Positions 24,320-31,699 are shown, numbered from the stretch's first letter. The stretch is DNA of 32,000 nt from Tannockella kyphosi (GCF_021054785.1 NZ_CP088239.1:270001-302000), one strand, 5' to 3'. The notes: generated from the letters alone by a model not told the origin. Numbers and translations are program-made.

Positions 24320-24342
24320 AGAAATATTTCTCTATCTTTTTT
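24315..24342 (+). terminator. Intrinsic terminator after the lipoprotein gene
   Basis: GATAGAGAAA (24315-24324) pairs with TTTCTCTATC (24327-24336), followed by a T6 run (24337-24342). It overlaps the TAG stop. Confidence 0.8.
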
Positions 24343-24425
24343 AACAAAAGGGATTGAAAAGGAAGCTGAGATAGCATTGTCTAGTTTGAGAATCTATAAA
24401 AATATAAAATTAAGATATAAAAATA

Positions 24426-24453
24426 TTGACTTTCCTAAATATTTTAATATAAT
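24426..24453 (+). promoter_or_regulatory. Near-consensus sigma-A promoter of the T-box/argCJB unit
   Basis: TTGACT (24426-24431), 16-nt spacer, TATAAT (24448-24453), preceded by an A/T-rich UP-like tract. Confidence 0.6.
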
Positions 24454-24460
24454 TAAATAA

Positions 24461-24682
24461 ACTTGAGGACTAAAAGAGTACTTATTATGGGAGTTTAAGC
24501 GAGCTAATGATGGTGAGAGGTTAGCACGAAGCAATAAGGAAACGCATTTACGAGAGGGAAGTGGGAAATAAGTATCACTTCAGGGCAATCACCCTTAACG
24601 ATGAAAGAGGTTATACTATCGACGTATAACAACAAGAGTGGTAACGCGGTCATTTCGTCTCTTATTTAAGAGACGTTTTTTT
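24461..24682 (+). promoter_or_regulatory. T-box riboswitch leader with arginine specifier (CGC)
   Basis: Stem I has the AGAGTA S-turn (24475-24480). CTTATT (24481-24486) pairs with AATAAG (24533-24538). Distal elements are AGCGAG and GGTGAGAGG. The specifier loop reads GGAAA-CGC-A (CGC 24543-24545). The T-box sequence is AAGAGTGGTAACGCGG (24634-24649), whose UGGU can pair with ACCA. The terminator is CGTCTCTT / AAGAGACG (24656-24675) plus T7. AAGAG and ACG of the T-box can pair with the CGTCTCTT arm as an antiterminator. Confidence 0.8.
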
Positions 24683-24707
24683 ATATTCAAAAGAGGGGGA
24701 TTTAAGA

Positions 24708-25745
24708 ATGATTAGAGTGGGAATAGTAGGAGCAACAGGTTATGGAGGATGTGAACTAATTCGGTTTTTATTAGGGCATCCACAAGTAAAAATTACTTGG
24801 GTATCTTCTAGAACCTATAGTGATATGGAATATAGTGATGTTTATCGTAACTATTTTCAAATTGTTGATCAACAATGTATTGATGATCATATTGAAGATT
24901 ATTTAGAAGAAGTAGATCTTATTTTCTTTGCAACTCCTCAAGGAGTATGCGCGAAAACTCTAACAAATTCTATATTAGAAAAAGTGAAGATAATTGATTT
25001 AAGTGCGGACTATCGATTAAAAGATGTAAATGTATATGAACAATGGTATGGAATAGGCCATGCATCACCAGAATATATTGATCAAGCAGTATATGGTTTG
25101 TGTGAATTGAATCGTAATGAAATCAAAGGGGCAACGATTGTAGCAAATCCTGGATGTTATACAACATGTGCGATTACAACGATCTATCCATTAGTAAAAG
25201 CGGGTTTGATTGATATCAATAGTTTAATTATTGATGCCAAAAGTGGAGTTAGTGGAGCTGGACGTAGTGCGAAGATTGCTAATTTGTATTGTGAAGTAAA
25301 TGAAAATTTAAAAGCTTATGCATTGGCTAGTCATCGTCATACTCCTGAAATTGAAGAACAATTAGGATATGCTTGTCATCAACCAATCACTTTAACATTT
25401 TCACCACATTTAGTACCAATGAATCGAGGTATTTTAATAACTGCTTATGCTTCTTTAAATAAAGGAGTAACAAAGCAACAAGTGGATGAAGCATATGCAA
25501 TGTATCAAGAAGAAACATTTGTTCGTGTTTTAAAAGAAGGTGTTCTACCAGAAACACGCAATGTAAGAGGGAGTAATTATTTAGATATAAATTACGTGTT
25601 AGATGCACGTACCAATCGTATTATTATGTTAGGAAGTTTAGATAATTTAGTGAAAGGGGCAGCAGGGCAAGCAATTCAAAATATGAATATCTTATTTGGT
25701 TATGAAGAATCATTAGGGTTGTTGTTAGCACCAGCTGTATTATAA
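24708..25745 (+). CDS. argC: N-acetyl-gamma-glutamyl-phosphate reductase
   Basis: VGIVGATGYGG (Rossmann loop) and the catalytic-Cys motif ANPGCYTT are present. SD is AGAGGGGGA. Confidence 0.92.
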   Translation: MIRVGIVGATGYGGCELIRFLLGHPQVKITWVSSRTYSDMEYSDVYRNYFQIVDQQCIDDHIEDYLEEVDLIFFATPQGVCAKTLTNSILEKVKIIDLSADYRLKDVNVYEQWYGIGHASPEYIDQAVYGLCELNRNEIKGATIVANPGCYTTCAITTIYPLVKAGLIDINSLIIDAKSGVSGAGRSAKIANLYCEVNENLKAYALASHRHTPEIEEQLGYACHQPITLTFSPHLVPMNRGILITAYASLNKGVTKQQVDEAYAMYQEETFVRVLKEGVLPETRNVRGSNYLDINYVLDARTNRIIMLGSLDNLVKGAAGQAIQNMNILFGYEESLGLLLAPAVL

Positions 25746-25746
25746 A

Positions 25747-26970
25747 ATGAAAATATTAGAAAATGGATGTGTTTTATCACCACAAGGATTTCTTGGTGCT
25801 GGTGGACATATTGGTATTAAAAAAGAGAAAAAAGATTTAGCACTTATTTATAGTGAAGTAGATGCAGTTGCAGTAGGTACATTTACAACGAATGTAGTGA
25901 AAGCTGCTCCTGTTTTATGGGATAAAAATATAGTTGAAAACTTTCCAAGTGCTAGAGTAATCGCTATTAATAGTGGTGTTGCTAATGCTTGTACTGGAGA
26001 AGTAGGACATCAAAATAATGAATTATTTGCAAACTATGTAGCTGATAGTTTTGGTATTACTAGTCAAGAGGTGTTAATATGTTCAACTGGAGTGATTGGT
26101 GCTCAATTACCGATGGATGTTATTAAAAATGGAGTTCCTAAAGTAAAACAGCTTTTAAAAGGGGATCAAGAAACAGGAATTGAAGTTGCTAGAGCTATTA
26201 TGACAACGGATACAAAGCCAAAGCATATTGCTGTGGAAGTTGAAATTGATGGGAAAGTAGTAACAATTGGAGGATGTTGTAAAGGATCAGGAATGATTCA
26301 TCCAAATATGGCGACAATGTTAGGTTTTATTACAACAGATCTTCATATTTCAAAAGAATTATTGAATAAAGCAGTAAAAGAAGTAGTTGCAAAAACATAT
26401 AATATGGTATCCGTAGATAGAGATACTTCTACCAATGATACAGTATTAGTCTTAGCAAATGGAATGGCACAAAATGAATGTGTGAACTACCAAGGAAAAG
26501 CGTATCAAACTTTTGTAGATGCACTTTATTATGTAAATGAATTTTTGGCAAAAGCAATCGCAGGAGATGGAGAAGGTGCTACTAAGTTATTGGAAGTACA
26601 AGTACATGGTGCAGCATCACATCAAGATGCAATTACAATAGCTAAGAGTGTTTGTACATCACCGTTAGTGAAAACAGCTGTTTATGGTAATGATGCAAAC
26701 TGGGGTAGATTATTTTGTGCAATGGGATATTCAGGAGTAGATTTCAATCCTGATAAAGTAGCGTTATTTATAGAAAGTGAATATGGGTTTTTACAATTAG
26801 TAGAACAAGGAATGGCAACAGAATATAGTGAAGAAGTAGCTACAAAAATATTATCTAGTGAACATGTGATTGCTATTTTACGTTTAAGTGAAGGTAATGA
26901 TACTGCAACAGCTTGGGGTTGTGATCTTACTTATGATTATATTAAAATAAACGCGGATTACCGTTCATAA
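25747..26970 (+). CDS. argJ: Bifunctional ornithine acetyltransferase / N-acetylglutamate synthase
   Basis: The autoprocessing site PNMATMLGFITTD and C-terminal INADYRS are present. The gap after argC is 1 nt. Confidence 0.92.
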   Translation: MKILENGCVLSPQGFLGAGGHIGIKKEKKDLALIYSEVDAVAVGTFTTNVVKAAPVLWDKNIVENFPSARVIAINSGVANACTGEVGHQNNELFANYVADSFGITSQEVLICSTGVIGAQLPMDVIKNGVPKVKQLLKGDQETGIEVARAIMTTDTKPKHIAVEVEIDGKVVTIGGCCKGSGMIHPNMATMLGFITTDLHISKELLNKAVKEVVAKTYNMVSVDRDTSTNDTVLVLANGMAQNECVNYQGKAYQTFVDALYYVNEFLAKAIAGDGEGATKLLEVQVHGAASHQDAITIAKSVCTSPLVKTAVYGNDANWGRLFCAMGYSGVDFNPDKVALFIESEYGFLQLVEQGMATEYSEEVATKILSSEHVIAILRLSEGNDTATAWGCDLTYDYIKINADYRS

Positions 26971-26971
26971 G

Positions 26972-27847
26972 ATGTTTCAAAAAGAAATAGACCAAGCCCA
27001 AGTATTAGTAAATGCATTAAGTTATATTCACGAATTTAGAAATGATGTTGTTGTCATTAAATATGGTGGTAGTGCCATGACAAATGAAGTAATCAAACAA
27101 TCTGTATTAAAAGATATTGCTGTATTAAAATCAGTTGGTATTCGTCCTATTATTGTTCATGGTGGGGGTAATGATATTAATGGTTGGTTACAAAAAGTAG
27201 GAATCGAAAAGAATTTTAAAAATGGTGTTCGTGTAACAGACCAAGAAACATTGGAAGTAGCAGAGATGGTTCTTTCAGGGAAAATAAATAAAAATTTAGT
27301 ACAAAGCATGGAGAGAATCGGGACTCATGCAATCGGTCTTTCAGGGAAAGATGGTAGTATGATTACTGTTTCTAAATATATGCCAGAACAAGAAGATATT
27401 GGTTTTGTTGGTAAGATAGAATCAGTTGATAGTACTTTATTAGAAATATTGTTAGAAAAAGGATATACACCAATTGTATCAACTATTGGTTTAGATAAAA
27501 AATATCATGCTTACAATATAAATGCAGATGATGTTGCAACAGCGATTGCTCGTGCTATGAAAGCAAGTAAATTAGTTTTCTTAACAGATACAGAAGGTGT
27601 TATGGAAGATCCTACTGATTCAAGTACGGTTATTTCAGAAATAGATCGTGATCTTGCTAAAGAACTATTCGATAAGGGTATTATTACTGGAGGAATGATT
27701 CCAAAAGTAAATAACTGTTTAGAAGCTGTAGAAAATGATGTTGCTAGAGTACATATTTTAGATGGAAGATTAGAGCATAGTTTGCTTATTGAAATCTTTA
27801 CCAAAAATGGTGTAGGAACAGTCATTAGAAAAAAAGAAGAACAATAA
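26972..27847 (+). CDS. argB: Acetylglutamate kinase
   Basis: VVIKYGGSAM, VHGGG and the GGMIPKV motif are present. The gap after argJ is 1 nt. Confidence 0.92.
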   Translation: MFQKEIDQAQVLVNALSYIHEFRNDVVVIKYGGSAMTNEVIKQSVLKDIAVLKSVGIRPIIVHGGGNDINGWLQKVGIEKNFKNGVRVTDQETLEVAEMVLSGKINKNLVQSMERIGTHAIGLSGKDGSMITVSKYMPEQEDIGFVGKIESVDSTLLEILLEKGYTPIVSTIGLDKKYHAYNINADDVATAIARAMKASKLVFLTDTEGVMEDPTDSSTVISEIDRDLAKELFDKGIITGGMIPKVNNCLEAVENDVARVHILDGRLEHSLLIEIFTKNGVGTVIRKKEEQ

Positions 27848-27896
27848 AAAAACTGTCACTTCATTCGTGGTTTCACGAATGAAAGGGCAGTTTTTA
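27846..27896. terminator. Long bidirectional terminator between argB and the convergent phosphoesterase gene
   Basis: A 17-position stem, CTGTCACTTCATTCGTG (27853-27869) against CACGAATGAAAGGGCAG (27874-27890), with 2 mismatched positions, one G:U pair, and loop GTTT. It is flanked by an A-run (27846-27852) and a T-run (27891-27895). Confidence 0.75.
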
Positions 27897-27905
27897 TTTT
27901 ATAAG

Positions 27906-28721
27906 TTATTGATTGGTAAGTGTGATAGATACGATTTGACAAGGTGTGTTAAATCGATAATCGATGTCTGATTCATTATTTAAACCATTGGATACAATTA
28001 AAGTAGTGTTTGATTCATAATATAAACCAGTAGTATAAATAGTTGCTAAGTCTTTGGTAACTAAGCTACCAATAAATGGAAGATTTATATATCCACCATT
28101 ACTATGACCAGATAGTTGTAAATCAATATCATATTCTTGTAAAGTGCTAAAGTAATCAGGTTGATGAATTGCAACAAAACTAAAAGTAGTATCATCTGTT
28201 CCAGATAATAATCCATCCATACTATCATTTGCTTCTAAACCAAAGAAACGAATAAATGAATCTTCTTTATATATTGTACGATAATCATTTTGTAATACTT
28301 CAAAACCACTTTGCGTTAATAAATAGCTAGTACTATATAAAATATCCTTTTCTCCTAAAATAGCAAACTTACCATAATTGCTAGTAATAGAAGTTAATAA
28401 CTCAACAACTACATCCTCATCAAAAATAGTAGTATCAAACAAATCACCACCAAAGATAATAAAATCAAAATCTAATTCATTACATGTAGTTACTATTTCT
28501 TCTAATTTATCTAAATCTTCAATCGTATGAATATTTAAATCACTAATAAATCCTATTGTAAAACCATTAAAATCATCACTAATCTTTTCATCGTAAATTT
28601 CATAATTTACTACTTTAAAAGTAGTAGGAGCTATATAATAGCTGTTGTAAATAGCAAACCCTAGGGACATTACTATAATAATGCACACTAGGGCTTTTAA
28701 AATTCTTAATTTTCTTCTCAT
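27906..28721 (-). CDS. Membrane-anchored calcineurin-like metallophosphoesterase
   Basis: N-terminal TM (ALVCIIIVMSLGFAIY), then GFISDLNIH (D-x-H), GGDLFD (GDxxD) and GHSNGG (GH). The ATG overlaps the RNase J stop (ATGA). Confidence 0.75.
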   Translation of the reverse strand: MRRKLRILKALVCIIIVMSLGFAIYNSYYIAPTTFKVVNYEIYDEKISDDFNGFTIGFISDLNIHTIEDLDKLEEIVTTCNELDFDFIIFGGDLFDTTIFDEDVVVELLTSITSNYGKFAILGEKDILYSTSYLLTQSGFEVLQNDYRTIYKEDSFIRFFGLEANDSMDGLLSGTDDTTFSFVAIHQPDYFSTLQEYDIDLQLSGHSNGGYINLPFIGSLVTKDLATIYTTGLYYESNTTLIVSNGLNNESDIDYRFNTPCQIVSITLTNQ

Positions 28722-30376
28722 ACTTTTTTATTCATAATAACAGGTATAATCATAGGATTACGTTTTGTTTTACGATAGAAATAAGTAGATAGTGTATCTC
28801 TGGTTGTATTTTTAATTTCTCCAAAAGTAGTTTTATTTTTTAAGAGATTTGTTAAAGCATCACCAACTAAATTTTCAGCTTCACGAATCATTGCATAACT
28901 GTCTTTCATATATACAAAACCTCTTGAGATAATAACAGGTCTTGATAAAATTTTGCCACTTCTAGAATCCATACTAATAAGAATAGAAACCATACCATCT
29001 TGTGATAATAATTGACGATCACGTAATACAGCAGTGGATAAACCAGTAATATCATTCCCGTCTACATAAATATCATCAACATGGATTCTTGGTCCTTGTT
29101 TCACTTGACCATCACGAAGTAATAGTGTATCCCCGTTCGATAATACAAATGTATTTTCTTCTGGTATACCCACTTCTTGAGATAATTTTGCATGAATCTT
29201 TAACATACGATACTCTCCATGAACAGGGAAAAAATATTTAGGTTTTGTTAGTAACATCATTAACTTTTGTTCATCTTGAGATGCATGTCCTGAAGTATGT
29301 AAATTATTTAAAGCACTATTTGTTAGGACAGTTGCACCAGCACGGAATAGTTTGTTTACTACTCGGTTAATACTAAATGCATTTCCTGGAATAGGGCTAG
29401 AAGAGAATACAACAGTATCTCCTGGTTTAATTTTTACATATTTATGAGTCCCATTCGCTATTCTACTAAGAGCTGCTAAAGCTTCCCCTTGAGAACCAGT
29501 ACATAAAATCAATACTTCATTATCTGGTAATCTTTTGGCTTGATCATTTTTTATAAAGAAGCTATTAGGAGCTTTGATGTAACCTAAAGCACGTGATACT
29601 TGAATATTGTTTTCCATTGAACGTCCATATACTAATATTTTACGATTAAACTTCACAGCAGCTTCTACTATTTGTTGTACACGATCCACATTAGAAGCAA
29701 AAGTGGCAACAATAATACGTCCTTCAGCTTTTCTAAATTCTTCTTGAACAGAATTTGCTACTTTTCTTTCACTAATAGAGAAAGTAGGTACTTCTGCATT
29801 TGTTGAATCACTTAATAATAATGTAACTCCTGTTTCTCCTAAAAATGACATTTTTTGGAAATCAGCTGGTTCACCTACTGGTGATAAATCAAACTTAAAA
29901 TCTCCAGTTGAAACAACACGTCCATTAGGTGTATTAAATACCATTCCCATTGATTCAGGAATAGAATGATTTGTTCTAAAGAATCCAACATTAAAGTATT
30001 TTGTTTTTACAACAGAATCACTATTAATTTGAACTAATTTTGTTTGATTAGTAAGTCTCTTTTCATCTAATTTTCTTTTAATCATCGCACAAGCTAATGG
30101 TGAAGCATAAATGAAAGGTAAATTCACTATTTGTAATAAAAATGGAATTCCCCCAATATGATCTTCATGACCATGAGTGATTAATAACCCACGAATTTTC
30201 TTTTCATTCTTTTTTAAATAAGAATAATCAGGAATTACATAATCAATACCAGGTAATCCTTCCTCTGCAAATTTAACTCCAGCATCAATAATTAATATTT
30301 CATTATCATGTTCTACACAGTACATGTTTTTCCCAACTTCATTTAACCCACCTAGCGCATATACTTTCGTATCCAT
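28718..30376 (-). CDS. rnj: Ribonuclease J (as given in the track; the true 5' end is probably further upstream, see 30352-30495)
   Basis: The metallo-beta-lactamase motif HGHEDHIGG plus beta-CASP and C-terminal domains across 552 aa. The ATG at 30376 has no SD. The same frame stays open 69 nt further upstream and encodes NKPNKKPTNKPNNKNTKKPVSQH. Confidence 0.9.
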   Translation of the reverse strand: MDTKVYALGGLNEVGKNMYCVEHDNEILIIDAGVKFAEEGLPGIDYVIPDYSYLKKNEKKIRGLLITHGHEDHIGGIPFLLQIVNLPFIYASPLACAMIKRKLDEKRLTNQTKLVQINSDSVVKTKYFNVGFFRTNHSIPESMGMVFNTPNGRVVSTGDFKFDLSPVGEPADFQKMSFLGETGVTLLLSDSTNAEVPTFSISERKVANSVQEEFRKAEGRIIVATFASNVDRVQQIVEAAVKFNRKILVYGRSMENNIQVSRALGYIKAPNSFFIKNDQAKRLPDNEVLILCTGSQGEALAALSRIANGTHKYVKIKPGDTVVFSSSPIPGNAFSINRVVNKLFRAGATVLTNSALNNLHTSGHASQDEQKLMMLLTKPKYFFPVHGEYRMLKIHAKLSQEVGIPEENTFVLSNGDTLLLRDGQVKQGPRIHVDDIYVDGNDITGLSTAVLRDRQLLSQDGMVSILISMDSRSGKILSRPVIISRGFVYMKDSYAMIREAENLVGDALTNLLKNKTTFGEIKNTTRDTLSTYFYRKTKRNPMIIPVIMNKKV

Positions 30377-30495
30377 ATGTTGTGATACAGGTTTTTTAGT
30401 ATTTTTATTATTAGGTTTATTGGTAGGTTTTTTGTTTGGTTTGTTCTATTATTTGGTTTTTTGCCATTTTGATTTGTTTTAGGCTTTTGTTCCAT
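30352..30495 (-). other. SD-preceded 47-codon ORF overlapping the rnj start out of frame; probable frameshifted N-terminal extension of RNase J, or a coupling uORF
   Basis: GAGGAGG (30509-30503) lies 7 nt before ATG 30495. The ORF reads MEQKPKTNQNGKKPNNRTNQTKN, then LPINLIIKILKNLYHNIWIRKYMR and a stop. A -1 shift at A AAA AAC (30433-30427) joins it to the open rnj frame. Confidence 0.55.
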
Positions 30496-30530
30496 AAATA
30501 ACCTCCTCTTTCTATTTCTTTGTTATTTTA

Positions 30531-30603
30531 AGTATACCACAAGTATATCTTTTTATGTCAAACAAATTAATCTCATTATAGATAGAAAAAGCACAATAGT
30601 CAA
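30531..30603 (-). promoter_or_regulatory. Two candidate tandem promoters for rnj
   Basis: In minus sense, P1 is TTGACT (30603-30598), 17-nt spacer, TATAAT (30580-30575). P2 is an extended -10, TGGTATACT (30539-30531), with TTGACA 19 nt upstream (30561-30556). Confidence 0.5.
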
Positions 30604-30642
30604 ACAAAAAGTAAAATGAAAACGATATCATTTAAAAATAAG

Positions 30643-30668
30643 AAAAAAGAGCATAAATGCTCTTTTTT
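30643..30668 (-). terminator. Intrinsic terminator after degV
   Basis: AGAGCA (30648-30653) pairs with TGCTCT (30658-30663) around loop TAAA. It is extended by, and flanked with, A and T runs on both sides. It starts 4 nt past the degV stop. Confidence 0.75.
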
Positions 30669-30671
30669 TCA

Positions 30672-31526
30672 TTATATTTTATTGAAAATTCCAATACCAA
30701 TAGCACCTGGTCCAGTATGACAAGAAACACTTAATGAGAGTTTATCAATATTAATGATAATACCTGGAAATACTATTTCACAATAAGATTTTAGTTCTAA
30801 TGCACCTTCTAAGTCATTAGAATGTGCAATTGCAATACTATATTTTTCATTTTTAAAATACTTATTAATATCTTCTTGAATTGCTTGAGCCATTATTTTG
30901 TATGCTTTTGACATCGTTCTAGTTTTAGAAAAAGCATCTAGCTTTTCACCTTGGATTGTTAAGATTGGTTTAATTTTTAACATAGCACCTAGTGTAGCAG
31001 CAGCTGGGGTAATACGACCACCTTTTTTTAAGTAATCAAGAGTAGCAACTGCTAAATAAATAGTCCCTTTATGATTTTCATCTTCTAAAATATTTTTAAT
31101 CTCTAAAGCATTCTTACCTTGATTTACAAGATTAATAGCATCCTCAACAATGCCTCTTTGTGTAATAGAGACACGTTTAGCATCGATTACTTGTACTTTA
31201 TCACTGTGTAATTCACTTGCTAACATAATAGCTGTTTGACAAGATCCACTTAACCCACTAGACATTGGAATATGAACAATTTCATCATATTCTTTTAAAA
31301 TATTCTCCCATAATTTAATAACATCTCCTGGAGTAGGTTGAGAAGTAAATACTTCTGCATCATTTTCTAAATGTTGATAAAATTCTTCTTGTGTTAGATT
31401 AATATCTTCAAAAAGTGTTTCTTTATTTATTGTAAAAGGCATAGGAACAATATAAATACCTAGCTGTTCTCCCTCTGCTTGATTAATTCCTCCGTTGCTA
31501 TCCGTTACGATTGCTACTTTCGTCAT
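30672..31526 (-). CDS. DegV-family fatty-acid-binding protein
   Basis: VAIVTDSNGGI start, TSQPTPGD, and typical DegV length (284 aa). SD is AAGGAGGGA. Confidence 0.9.
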   Translation of the reverse strand: MTKVAIVTDSNGGINQAEGEQLGIYIVPMPFTINKETLFEDINLTQEEFYQHLENDAEVFTSQPTPGDVIKLWENILKEYDEIVHIPMSSGLSGSCQTAIMLASELHSDKVQVIDAKRVSITQRGIVEDAINLVNQGKNALEIKNILEDENHKGTIYLAVATLDYLKKGGRITPAAATLGAMLKIKPILTIQGEKLDAFSKTRTMSKAYKIMAQAIQEDINKYFKNEKYSIAIAHSNDLEGALELKSYCEIVFPGIIINIDKLSLSVSCHTGPGAIGIGIFNKI

Positions 31527-31603
31527 AAAATCCCTCCTTATTAATTATTTATATTGTACTGAATTATATGAAAAAAGCAAATGTTTTTAATATTAACATA
31601 AAT

Positions 31604-31684
31604 AAACTGTATTATATATTGTAATACAGTTTAAATGTGTTATACTAGAAATATAAGAACTGTATCGCTTAATGCAATACAGTT
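31604..31684 (+). promoter_or_regulatory. gntR-family promoter flanked by two palindromic operator candidates
   Basis: IR1 is AAACTGTATTA-N7-TAATACAGTTT (31604-31632) and overlaps the -35 TTGTAA (31619-31624). The extended -10 is TGTTATACT (31638-31646). IR2 is AACTGTAT-N11-ATACAGTT (31658-31684), just downstream of the predicted start site. AATACAGTTTAAA occurs in both. Confidence 0.5.
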
Positions 31685-31699
31685 TAAAGGAGGGAATTT

